Assembly: GCA_964526505.1 (NCBI GenBank)
Contig: CAZGJC010000004.1
Location: forward strand, 1-63,118
Length of the DNA: 63,118 bases
Reading direction: 5' to 3'
Source of the DNA: an uncultured Clostridium sp.
GTDB taxonomy: Bacteria; Bacillota; Clostridia; Oscillospirales; CAG-272
The notes under the pieces were generated by a model. That model had not been told where the DNA came from. It was given only the letters and a program-made list of their open reading frames with translations, and ran no database searches. Of this stretch, positions 9,315-17,691 are shown piece by piece. A program made the position numbers and the translations under genes. Every line of letters starts with the position of its first letter. The first letter of the stretch is position 1.

Positions 9315-9378
9315 GGCTTTTTTGAAAAAAATTGACGTTTCAAAACAAATTTTGTTTTTCGGTAGAGGTTGTTATAGT

Positions 9379-10476
9379 CTATTTTCGACGTTTTTGTGCG
9401 ATAAGCGTTGCAAGAAGCGGGAGAGTTGCACAGATGAAGAAAAGGAGGCATACGTAAAGACCGTAGTCGGCAAAATGAATTTGTACGGTTGTTTGTACGG
9501 GTGGGATTGATGATACGGGGAAGAGTTTTAGCGAAACATACGTTATTGCACAGCAGAGAAGTCCTTGCAAAAATTTTTGCAGTACGAAAATTTTTTTATT
9601 GAGGTTATGGGCTTTATCAAGAGAGAATATTTGAAACGTCACGGAAATTCCCGAAAATCCGACGAAAAACGCCGTTATTGCGGGGGCAAAGCACGGATTT
9701 GAAAAAATTTCCGACGACACAAGTGCGACTCCGTTTGACATTTCCACAAGTCCGCACAGAAGCAGTGTAATTATGCGTGGAAGTGACAGTGAGGTACAGA
9801 GTTTATACAGGTAGCCTATTATGACGGAGAAAAATACGACGTAGGCACAGACGCCTATCATAACCGATGCAGAAGAGGTTACCGCAGACGTGAAAGCGGT
9901 GACTGTATCGGTGTCGGATTTTGAAAAGTCGTCATTTTTTCTCTCATATTTATACACGGCTCTGCCGAATAGTCCCATTATCAGTGACGAGAGCAAAAGC
10001 GACAGATAGATACGTTTGCCGAGGTTTACATTTTGAAGTGCAAAGCCTACCGTGCCACAGACAAAGGCACCTGACGGAATATTACAAAAACTCATAATAT
10101 GAAGAAATTCCCGATGAGATATTTTATTCTCTTCATATAGTTTGACGGAGCTTTTGGTTCCTATCGGAAAACCGCAAAGCGTACCCATGGCGACGGCACA
10201 CGAACCGTTATCGGACAGTCCGAAAATCAAACTTATGGGTTTGAGCAGAATAAAACGAAGATATTTAAATGCGTTAACGGACAAAAGAAAGTCGGAGATT
10301 ATCATAAAAGGAAACAGCGTCGGGACAAGGCTTTGCAGGCATAGTTCTATGGATTTTTTCATATATTCAAGAGAAGAATCGGGAGCGAAGATGAGCAAAA
10401 TTACCGCCGAAAATCCCAAAGCGGAAACGGAAATATTTTGCGGATTTATTTTTCGTTGAATTTTTGTTTTTTGCAT
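9379..10476 (-). CDS. ylbJ: Sporulation integral membrane protein YlbJ-like (nucleoside-recognition/Gate domain family)
   Basis: A 365-aa polytopic protein. The motif LQSLVPTLFPFMIISDFL resembles the YlbJ family. RBS is AAGGGAGA. It is divergent from yqfC. Confidence 0.5.
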   Translation of the reverse strand: MQKTKIQRKINPQNISVSALGFSAVILLIFAPDSSLEYMKKSIELCLQSLVPTLFPFMIISDFLLSVNAFKYLRFILLKPISLIFGLSDNGSCAVAMGTLCGFPIGTKSSVKLYEENKISHREFLHIMSFCNIPSGAFVCGTVGFALQNVNLGKRIYLSLLLSSLIMGLFGRAVYKYERKNDDFSKSDTDTVTAFTSAVTSSASVMIGVCAYVVFFSVIIGYLYKLCTSLSLPRIITLLLCGLVEMSNGVALVSSEIFSNPCFAPAITAFFVGFSGISVTFQIFSLDKAHNLNKKIFVLQKFLQGLLCCAITYVSLKLFPVSSIPPVQTTVQIHFADYGLYVCLLFFICATLPLLATLIAQKRRK

Positions 10477-10529
10477 ATCGTTCTCCCTTTGTATTTTTCA
10501 ATTTATCTTATTTTGATTGTGGGGGAAAT

Positions 10530-10829
10530 ATGATGGGCGAAAATAAAAATTCTTTCGGGCGTGGGATATTGCACGGTATAATGGAAAAGACGTCTCTTCC
10601 GTCGGACATCGCATTTGGCGGATTTCGTCTTGAAATGCAGGGTGGTCGTGAACTTTACGTGTCGGGGTGCAAGAAAATATTGAAGTACACGGAGGGCGAG
10701 ATTATACTCCGCTCGTCTGCGTTTGACGTGTTTATTTGCGGAAAACATCTTGAATGTTTATCATATCATCCGACGGGAATATCCATTTGCGGTCAGATTA
10801 AAAGTATCGGTTTGGGGGATTACTTATGA
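10530..10829 (+). CDS. yqfC: Sporulation protein YqfC (YabP/YqfC family)
   Basis: ATG at 10530 follows GTGGGGGA. The product is ~99 aa with GGFRLEMQGGRELYVSGCKKILKYTEGEIIL. It lies directly upstream of yqfD-phoH-ybeY-era-recO, as in B. subtilis. Confidence 0.8.
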   Translation: MMGENKNSFGRGILHGIMEKTSLPSDIAFGGFRLEMQGGRELYVSGCKKILKYTEGEIILRSSAFDVFICGKHLECLSYHPTGISICGQIKSIGLGDYL

Positions 10830-12013
10830 GCGTTGCGTACGAAATATTCGGGTACGGCGAAGTTTTTGCGGAGGGTGAATACGTTTTAAGTCTTATAAAT
10901 TTATGTATGACTTACAATTTGCCTTACGGAAAGGTATATCGCACAAGCGGAGGCGTTTGTTTTTTATTCAGGCTCGGAATATTGAAAACGCTTGAAGAAT
11001 TATGTCGGAAGAGAAATATTATCATACGGATACGAAAAAGGGGAGGTTTGCCGATATGGATTTACAAGCACAGAAAGAGATACGGTCTTATAGTGGGAAT
11101 GGTTATTGCTGTTTTTATGATAGTTTTCGCACAGAAGTTTATATGGCGTATAGACGTCACGGGCAACGAAACCATACCGACCTCGGAAATACTCAAAGTG
11201 CTGGATGGGCAAGGACTTTATGCCGGCAGTTATATAAAAAAACTCAATACCGACAGAATACAGAACAAAATTCTTTACGAGTCGGACAAAATTTCTTGGA
11301 TATCTATAAATATAAGCGGAAATATCGCAAGTGTGGAAATTCGTGAGAGGGAGCGATCGGAGGTGTCGGAGAATGAAAAATTTCCTGCAAATCTTGTGGC
11401 GTCAAAGTCCGGAAAGATAGAATATCTGCAAATTATGCACGGAAATGCAAACGTAAAAAGCGGGGACATAGTATCGGAGGGGCAACTGCTTGTGGGAGGC
11501 ATATTTGACAGTCACATAGACGGATATCGTCTGACACGGGCGGAAGGAAAGGTTTTTGCACGAACAACGGCGGAGTTTTACGTGCAAATTCCGTACGAAT
11601 ACGAGGAAAAAGTCTACACGGGAAAGGAATATTGTGACGAATATTTAAATTTTTTTGATTTTTCCATAAAAATTTTAAAAAAGGGTGGAAATTCGTATGC
11701 GTTTTATGATAAAATACATAGAGTGGAAAGTTATTCTTTTTTTGATGGCGGAGTATTGCCGATATCGAAGAGCAAGGATATATATCTTGAATACACGACT
11801 CGCATATCAAAGCGTAGTATAGAGACCGCCGAGGAACTCGCATACTTTGAGTTATCTCAAAAAATGAGCGAGTTTTCGGATGATGCGATTTTAATACGCA
11901 AGGTTATAATGCCCGAGATAGGAGAAGATTTTTTTGCACTTCGTTGTGTGGTTGAATGTATAGAGGACATTGCACAGATTGCGGAAATCCAAGTGGACAA
12001 TTTTGCAGAGTAG
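10826..12013 (+). CDS. yqfD: Stage IV sporulation protein YqfD
   Basis: 395 aa with a single central TM segment (LIVGMVIAVFMIVFA). It overlaps the yqfC stop by 4 nt and is in conserved synteny. Confidence 0.8.
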   Translation: MSVAYEIFGYGEVFAEGEYVLSLINLCMTYNLPYGKVYRTSGGVCFLFRLGILKTLEELCRKRNIIIRIRKRGGLPIWIYKHRKRYGLIVGMVIAVFMIVFAQKFIWRIDVTGNETIPTSEILKVLDGQGLYAGSYIKKLNTDRIQNKILYESDKISWISINISGNIASVEIRERERSEVSENEKFPANLVASKSGKIEYLQIMHGNANVKSGDIVSEGQLLVGGIFDSHIDGYRLTRAEGKVFARTTAEFYVQIPYEYEEKVYTGKEYCDEYLNFFDFSIKILKKGGNSYAFYDKIHRVESYSFFDGGVLPISKSKDIYLEYTTRISKRSIETAEELAYFELSQKMSEFSDDAILIRKVIMPEIGEDFFALRCVVECIEDIAQIAEIQVDNFAE

Positions 12014-12029
12014 GAAAAGGAGATTTTGC

Positions 12030-13025
12030 GTGAGCAGTAAAACAGTTAAAACGGACGGAGAGAATATTGCTTCGGAAATATTCGGCAATCTTGACGTCAA
12101 CGCCTCGATAATAGAAAAGAAATTCGGTGTTACTTTGCATAATCGTACGACAGACGACGGAAGCGAGGCGATAATCATCTCATCCGACGATGACGGAATG
12201 GTGTCACAGGCGACGGATGCCGTAAAGTATCTTATGAAAATGCTTTCACAGGGTGGAGACGTAAATGAGCAAAGCACGTCTTATATTTGTGATACGGTAC
12301 TTTCGGGGGACGCTTCACAATTACAGGAACAGGGTGACGATTTTGTTTGCGTTACCGTGCGAGGCAGACCGATAAAAGCGAAAACGGTCGGTCAGAGGCA
12401 ATACGTAAATGCGATAAAAAAGAACACGATAGTTATAGGTGTGGGTCCTGCCGGGACGGGAAAGACCTTTTTGGCGGTTGCAATGGCGGTCAAGGCGTTA
12501 CGTGAAAAGAAAGTGTCACGAATAATACTCACAAGACCCGCAATCGAAGCCGGAGAAAAATTGGGATTTTTACCCGGAGATTTACAGAGCAAGATAGACC
12601 CGTATTTGCGTCCGCTTTACGATGCTTTATACGAGATGATGGGTGCGGAAAACTATCAGAAGCAAGTTGAGAAGGGTGTAATCGAAATAGCACCTTTGGC
12701 GTATATGAGAGGAAGAACGCTTGACGACTCGTTTATTATTTTGGATGAGGCACAAAACTGCACGCCCGAGCAGATGAAGATGTTTTTGACCCGTCTCGGA
12801 TTTAATTCCAAAGCGGTTATAACGGGAGACCTTACGCAAACAGACTTGCCCTCAGGTATGCCGAGCGGTCTTGCACGTGCCGTGAAAATTTTGGCGGACG
12901 TGGAGGACATTGCCATTCATCGTTTCAGCGAAAGAGACGTTGTAAGGCACAAACTCGTTCGGGCAATAATCAAGGCGTATGAAAAATACGAAAAAGAGCA
13001 GAAAGAAAAGTTCGGCAAAAAATGA
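12030..13025 (+). CDS. phoH: PhoH-family ATPase
   Basis: GTG at 12030 follows AAAAGGAG (ORF-track start 11970 would overlap yqfD). It has Walker A GPAGTGKTFLAVA, ILTRPAIEAGEKLGFLPG and Walker B FIILDEAQN. Confidence 0.9.
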   Translation: MSSKTVKTDGENIASEIFGNLDVNASIIEKKFGVTLHNRTTDDGSEAIIISSDDDGMVSQATDAVKYLMKMLSQGGDVNEQSTSYICDTVLSGDASQLQEQGDDFVCVTVRGRPIKAKTVGQRQYVNAIKKNTIVIGVGPAGTGKTFLAVAMAVKALREKKVSRIILTRPAIEAGEKLGFLPGDLQSKIDPYLRPLYDALYEMMGAENYQKQVEKGVIEIAPLAYMRGRTLDDSFIILDEAQNCTPEQMKMFLTRLGFNSKAVITGDLTQTDLPSGMPSGLARAVKILADVEDIAIHRFSERDVVRHKLVRAIIKAYEKYEKEQKEKFGKK

Positions 13026-13074
13026 CTACCGAAAAATAATATATAAGAGACTTAACAAGGAAAGGGTCAGTATT

Positions 13075-13569
13075 ATGAAAAGAAAAATGAAACTCAAAAT
13101 TTACTTTGAAAATCAGCAGGACAAGCAACAAATATCTTACAAACTCAAAATGCTTATAAGAGAGGCAATTGAGACGACGCTTGATTTTGAAGATTATCAA
13201 AATGCCTGTGAGGTATCGGTTACTTTCACCGACAACGAAGGTATACGTGAGTTGAACAAAAAATACAGGGAAAAAGACGCACCGACGGACGTTTTGTCAT
13301 TTCCGCTTTTCGACTATGACGGAGACAGCGAAGAGCCTCCGGTTGACGATTTTACGAATATGCTCGGCGATATAGTTATTTCTCTTGAAAGAGCAAAAGA
13401 GCAAGCGGACGAATACGGTCACGGATTTGACAGGGAAGTTGCGTTCCTTTGCGTTCATTCAATGCTTCATCTTCTCGGTTACGATCACGAAACAAGCGAG
13501 GAAGATGACAGAAATATGAGATCTCGTCAGAGTGAGATTATGAACATAATGGGACTTTCGGTAAAATAA
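13075..13569 (+). CDS. ybeY: rRNA maturation endoribonuclease YbeY
   Basis: ATG at 13075 follows AAGGAAAGGG. It carries the metal motif HSMLHLLGYDHE. Confidence 0.9.
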   Translation: MKRKMKLKIYFENQQDKQQISYKLKMLIREAIETTLDFEDYQNACEVSVTFTDNEGIRELNKKYREKDAPTDVLSFPLFDYDGDSEEPPVDDFTNMLGDIVISLERAKEQADEYGHGFDREVAFLCVHSMLHLLGYDHETSEEDDRNMRSRQSEIMNIMGLSVK

Positions 13570-13599
13570 AAGATCGACAATAGGAAAGAGAGATTTTTA

Positions 13600-14484
13600 A
13601 TGAGTAAAACTGCTTTTATTGCAATAGTCGGCAGACCTAACGTGGGAAAATCCACGCTTATGAACACGATTTTGGGTGAAAAGGTTGCCATCGTTTCGTC
13701 AAAGCCTCAGACTACGAGAAACAGAATAATGGGAATACTTACAAAGGACGAAAACCAATTTGTTTTTCTTGATACCCCCGGAATTTTCAAACCGAGAAAT
13801 TCGCTCGGAACATTTATGGTTAAAGCCGCAAACTCAACGATGCAGGACGCCGACGCAGTGGTACTTGTGTGCGACGCTTCTAAGCCCGTAAGTGACGTTG
13901 AAAAGAAAGTTATAGATTATGCTAAGAGAACACAGACTCCCTGTATTCTCGTAATAAACAAGACGGATTTATGTCGCAGAGAGCAGATAGCGGAGACTAT
14001 TGCAAGTTATGCGTCTCTTCACAACTTTGAGGCTGTTGTTCCGCTTTGTGCGAAGAACGGAAAGGGTGTGGACGCATTTTTGTCGGAATGCGAACAATTC
14101 TTATCCGAGTCGGACTTCTTCTTCCCCGAGGATATGGTCACCGACCAATCCGAGAGGCAGGTCGCTGCAGAAGTTATAAGAGAAAAACTCCTACGCACGC
14201 TTGACAAGGAAATTCCTCACGGAATTGCGGTTGCAATCGAAGAATTCAAAGTTGAGGGGAAATTGTGTCGTATACGTGCGGAAATTTTCTGTGAGAAAGC
14301 ATCGCACAAGGGAATTATCGTCGGAAAGAACGGTGAAGAATTAAAGAGAGTCGGTTCTTATGCACGTGCAGACCTTGAAGAGATTTTCGATATGAAAGTT
14401 TATCTTAATCTTTGGGTCAAGGTCAAGGAAAACTGGCGTGACAGTCAGAGAGGCATTACCGATTTCGGATATACGGAAGAATAA
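13600..14484 (+). CDS. era: GTPase Era
   Basis: G1 is GRPNVGKST, G3 is DTPG and G4 is NKTD. A C-terminal KH domain is present (KGIIVGKNGEELKRVG). Confidence 0.95.
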   Translation: MSKTAFIAIVGRPNVGKSTLMNTILGEKVAIVSSKPQTTRNRIMGILTKDENQFVFLDTPGIFKPRNSLGTFMVKAANSTMQDADAVVLVCDASKPVSDVEKKVIDYAKRTQTPCILVINKTDLCRREQIAETIASYASLHNFEAVVPLCAKNGKGVDAFLSECEQFLSESDFFFPEDMVTDQSERQVAAEVIREKLLRTLDKEIPHGIAVAIEEFKVEGKLCRIRAEIFCEKASHKGIIVGKNGEELKRVGSYARADLEEIFDMKVYLNLWVKVKENWRDSQRGITDFGYTEE

Positions 14485-14542
14485 AAAGTTTTTTTACACG
14501 GATTTATTTTGAAATTACACGGAAGTATTCGGAGGTGAGATT

Positions 14543-15334
14543 ATGCTGTTTGCCACTGACGGTGTTGTTACGAAAGTGAGTGATATTGCAAGCGGAGACA
14601 GACTTATAAATATAGTCACTCCGAGCAGGGGCAGAATAAGCGTTATTGTCAAAGGCAGTCGCTCTGCCGACAGCAAAACGGCGGTATTATCCCAACTTTT
14701 TACATACGGAAATTTTGAAATATACGAAAAGGGAGACATGTACTGGCTACGTGGCGGAATGGTTATAAATCCGTTTTACGAATTGTCTTGTGACATTTGT
14801 CGCATGGCGGCGGCAACGTACGTTTGCGAGGTTGCCAACGAACTTACGGACGAGTCGGAAGAATGCGGTACTCTGATGAAACTCTTGCTCAACACCTTAT
14901 ATCTTTTTACACGCAAAGAAAAGAAAATTGCGATTGTGAAATCCGCATTTGAGTTACGTGCGATGTCTATATCCGGATATATGCCGACGGTTACGGAATG
15001 TGAAAATTGCGGAAAGGATATTTCTGGTAAGACTTATCTTGACGTGATGGGTGGCAGTGTCGTATGCGAAGATTGTTTTCACGCAGGTGTAATTAAATCT
15101 CGTCGTGATGCGGATTATAACGACGTAAGAAGTGCGAGTGTTATATGTCCCATGAGTGCATCTGTGGCGTATGCGTTAAGGTACGTTATTGTCGCACCTG
15201 CGGAAAAGGTTTTCTCTTTTGATATTACGGACGAAGAAGAACTTGACGCATTTGAGAAAATATCGGAGACCTACGTATCGTGTCATTTGGGGAGAAGTTT
15301 TGATTCTCTTTCGTTTTATCACGACGTAAAATAA
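14543..15334 (+). CDS. recO: DNA repair protein RecO
   Basis: 263 aa with an N-terminal OB-fold region and a zinc module CENCG...CEDC. It follows era, as is typical. Confidence 0.85.
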   Translation: MLFATDGVVTKVSDIASGDRLINIVTPSRGRISVIVKGSRSADSKTAVLSQLFTYGNFEIYEKGDMYWLRGGMVINPFYELSCDICRMAAATYVCEVANELTDESEECGTLMKLLLNTLYLFTRKEKKIAIVKSAFELRAMSISGYMPTVTECENCGKDISGKTYLDVMGGSVVCEDCFHAGVIKSRRDADYNDVRSASVICPMSASVAYALRYVIVAPAEKVFSFDITDEEELDAFEKISETYVSCHLGRSFDSLSFYHDVK

Positions 15335-15353
15335 AAAGTCAAGTTGACAAAAT

Positions 15354-15384
15354 AACCCCGAAAGTCTGTGTGACTTTCGGGGTT
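15354..15384. terminator. Bidirectional terminator between convergent recO and the membrane-protein gene
   Basis: A 13-bp stem AACCCCGAAAGTC / GACTTTCGGGGTT with a 5-nt loop. T/A runs lie on both sides. Confidence 0.8.
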
Positions 15385-15402
15385 TGACACTCTGTGGGTG
15401 TT

Positions 15403-15882
15403 TTATTTACGGTGTCTGTGGGGTTTTCGGTTTTGGTGCAGGCTTCTGTCACCCATAACACAGCCGACAATGCAACAAAGTATGAGCAATATGCGAAGTC
15501 CGAAAAACGAAAGTGCCGACAAAGAATTATTTAACGTGGCGGTGAGAAAAGGGTAAAGAGCGAGTGAGAGCGATACGCACATAAGTGAAAACACCGCACA
15601 GATCACTGAACATTTTCCGACGTAGGAGCGACGACTCACGAACCCTCCCAAAATCGCACAAGGATAAGGAAGAAAAGACGCAACTTTAAGAAGAAAGCCC
15701 TCGGGGTCTTTTTTTGTAAGAGCATACGCCGTTAAAATACTTATACATACAAGTGCCGTGGAAAGAGATATTAGGGTGCCGCACAGGGAACTTTTGAGCG
15801 TTGAGGCGAGTGTTGTTGAGTTTGAGTCTTGCTCGCTTTTGCGTTTTTTGTTATGAGGCGTTTTTCGCTGTTTTGTATTCAT
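15403..15882 (-). CDS. Small polytopic membrane protein of unknown function (possibly the TIGR04086-type family often found next to yajC in Clostridia)
   Basis: 159 aa with a basic N- and C-terminus and 4 hydrophobic segments. The SD GGAGG sits 6 nt upstream of the ATG. Confidence 0.45.
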   Translation of the reverse strand: MNTKQRKTPHNKKRKSEQDSNSTTLASTLKSSLCGTLISLSTALVCISILTAYALTKKDPEGFLLKVASFLPYPCAILGGFVSRRSYVGKCSVICAVFSLMCVSLSLALYPFLTATLNNSLSALSFFGLRILLILCCIVGCVMGDRSLHQNRKPHRHRK

Positions 15883-15888
15883 AAAAAA

Positions 15889-15936
15889 CCTCCGAATGAT
15901 ATTTTACCGTTTTGATAAAATATATGTTTTCGGAGG
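15889..15936 (-). terminator. Terminator-like hairpin after yajC; its 3' arm contains the SD of the downstream gene
   Basis: On the reverse strand CCTCCGAA pairs with TTCGGAGG across a 32-nt loop that has an inner 8-bp ATATTTTA/TAAAATAT stem. U6 and then the AUG at 15882 follow. Confidence 0.55.
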
Positions 15937-15965
15937 TTTTTTTATTCTTTTGGGATAAAATCAAA

Positions 15966-16244
15966 TCAGTCCGCTGTGTCTTCGGCTTTTACGTCAACAC
16001 GGGATACGGCACTTTTAAGTATTCTTATTTTAGTGCAGTCACGTGAAGTTTCTATAACGCAAGTTTCTTCTTTTATGCTTATTACTTTTCCGATGATTCC
16101 GCCTATTGTCGTTATCTCATCGCCGACCTGCAAATTACTGAGCATATCTTTCGTTTGCTTTTCCTGCTTTTTATTGGAACGCCACATAAAGAAGAACATA
16201 GCACCGATGATTACGACCATTACTATTGTAGTTATCGCTTCCAT
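15966..16244 (-). CDS. yajC: Preprotein translocase subunit YajC
   Basis: 92 aa with an N-terminal TM segment followed by QVGDEITTIGGIIGKVISI. Confidence 0.9.
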   Translation of the reverse strand: MEAITTIVMVVIIGAMFFFMWRSNKKQEKQTKDMLSNLQVGDEITTIGGIIGKVISIKEETCVIETSRDCTKIRILKSAVSRVDVKAEDTAD

Positions 16245-16367
16245 TATTATTTCTCCTTTCGGTAAAATATACTGTTTTCATTATTCTACACGATATTATA
16301 TGCAAAATCAATATATATTTGTAAATTTTTTTGAGGCAAGGGTATTGAAGAAAATTTACTTTGGCGG

Positions 16368-16396
16368 TTGCTTTTTGTGGGGATATGTGTTATAAT
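16368..16396 (+). promoter_or_regulatory. Sigma-A promoter upstream of rimM
   Basis: TTGCTT, 17 nt, TATAAT, with a TGT extended -10. Confidence 0.5.
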
Positions 16397-16437
16397 TACT
16401 CCGTATTATTATAATTTAAAGGAAGAGACTGTATCAA

Positions 16438-16950
16438 ATGGTAAAGAACAATTATCTGGAATGCGGTATTGTTATAAACACGCACGGTGTGTACGGTGAC
16501 GTGAAACTCGAATCGCTTTGCGACACTCCGAATATTCTTGCGAAACTTAAAAGAGTATATATAAAGAGCGGTGAAAACTACCGTGAGATTAAGGTGCTTA
16601 AAGCGTCTGTTTTTAAAGGATTTGTTATTGCAAAACTTGACGGGATTGACGATATGGACAAGGCAATCGCTCTCAAAAACACGGTGCTTTACGCTTGCAG
16701 AGAGGATTTTAATCTTCCCGAGGGATCTTATTTTATCGCAGATCTTATCGGTCTTGACGTTATAGACAACGTTAGCGGTAAAGTTTACGGCAAAATAACC
16801 GACGTTCAAAACAAGGGAGCGTCGGATATATACGTGGTAAAAACCGCCGAGGGCGAAAGAATGATGCCCGCCGTTGCGGAATTTGTAAAGAAAACAGACC
16901 TCAACCGTGGAATTTTCGTCGAAGTTATTCCCGGAATGCTTTACGACTGA
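16438..16950 (+). CDS. rimM: 16S rRNA processing protein RimM
   Basis: 170 aa with LECGIVINTHGVYGDVKLE and a C-terminal PRC barrel (GERMMPAVAEFVKKTDL). Confidence 0.9.
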   Translation: MVKNNYLECGIVINTHGVYGDVKLESLCDTPNILAKLKRVYIKSGENYREIKVLKASVFKGFVIAKLDGIDDMDKAIALKNTVLYACREDFNLPEGSYFIADLIGLDVIDNVSGKVYGKITDVQNKGASDIYVVKTAEGERMMPAVAEFVKKTDLNRGIFVEVIPGMLYD

Positions 16951-16958
16951 TTTGGACT

Positions 16959-17660
16959 ATGAGATATGATATTATGACGCTTTTTCCCGACCTTGTGGAT
17001 TACGTTCTCGGAGAGAGTGTGATCGGAAGAGCGAGAAAAAACAATCACATAGACGTTCGTCTTCACAACATAAGAGACTATTCCGAGGACAAGCACCGCA
17101 GGGTTGACGACACACCTTACGGTGGCGGAAAAGGAATGCTTATGATGGCACCGCCCATATACAACTGTTATTCGGCAATTCTCGAAAATCAAAAGTCTGA
17201 AAATTTTTCGGGAGAACGCAGAAGAGTTATATATATGTCGCCTACGGGAAAGGTCTTGACGCAGGACAGAGCGGAAGAACTTTCAAAATACGACAATTTG
17301 ATTATTTTGTGCGGTCACTACGAAGGTGTTGACAGAAGAATAGTAGATGAGATAGTGGACGAAGAGATTTCCATAGGAGATTTTGTACTGACGGGCGGTG
17401 AAATACCCGCATGCATACTTGTCGATTGCGTATCAAGACTTGTGGACGGCGTTTTATCCGATCCGGAGTGTTACGAAAAAGAAAGCATTTCATCGGGAAT
17501 GCTCGAATATCCGCAATACACAAGACCCTATGAATTCCACGGCGTGAAAGTGCCTGACGTATTGATATCGGGGCATCATGCCAACATTGACAAGTGGCGT
17601 GAGGAGTCCGCAAGGAAACTTACGGAACAAAACAGACCGGATTTGCTACTTAAAGAATAA
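16959..17660 (+). CDS. trmD: tRNA (guanine37-N1)-methyltransferase
   Basis: 233 aa with MRYDIMTLFPDL, DDTPYGGGKGMLM, LCGHYEGVDRR, ISIGDFVLTGGE and GHHANIDKWR. Confidence 0.95.
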   Translation: MRYDIMTLFPDLVDYVLGESVIGRARKNNHIDVRLHNIRDYSEDKHRRVDDTPYGGGKGMLMMAPPIYNCYSAILENQKSENFSGERRRVIYMSPTGKVLTQDRAEELSKYDNLIILCGHYEGVDRRIVDEIVDEEISIGDFVLTGGEIPACILVDCVSRLVDGVLSDPECYEKESISSGMLEYPQYTRPYEFHGVKVPDVLISGHHANIDKWREESARKLTEQNRPDLLLKE

Positions 17661-17691
17661 GATAAAAATAAATTTCCGAGGAGGCGATTTT

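Noticed and set aside
9157-9320. tRNA-Thr as a possible integration hotspot for a genomic island
   Set aside because: There is no integrase, no direct repeat of the tRNA 3' end and no atypical genes on either side. The flanks are mgtE and the sporulation gene ylbJ.
15976-16395. 139-aa plus-strand ORF opposite yajC
   Set aside because: It is the antisense shadow of yajC plus its promoter region, with no SD and no motif.
17578-17691. N-terminal extensions proposed by the ORF track for several genes (starts at 17578, 19635, 20296, 11970, 12979, 21402, 2959, 4628, 30046, 37958, 56077)
   Set aside because: The extensions overlap the preceding gene or a terminator hairpin (for example 21408-21448 before uvrC) and lack an SD. 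Internal ATG/GTG/TTG codons with good SDs give N-termini that match the expected family N-termini.
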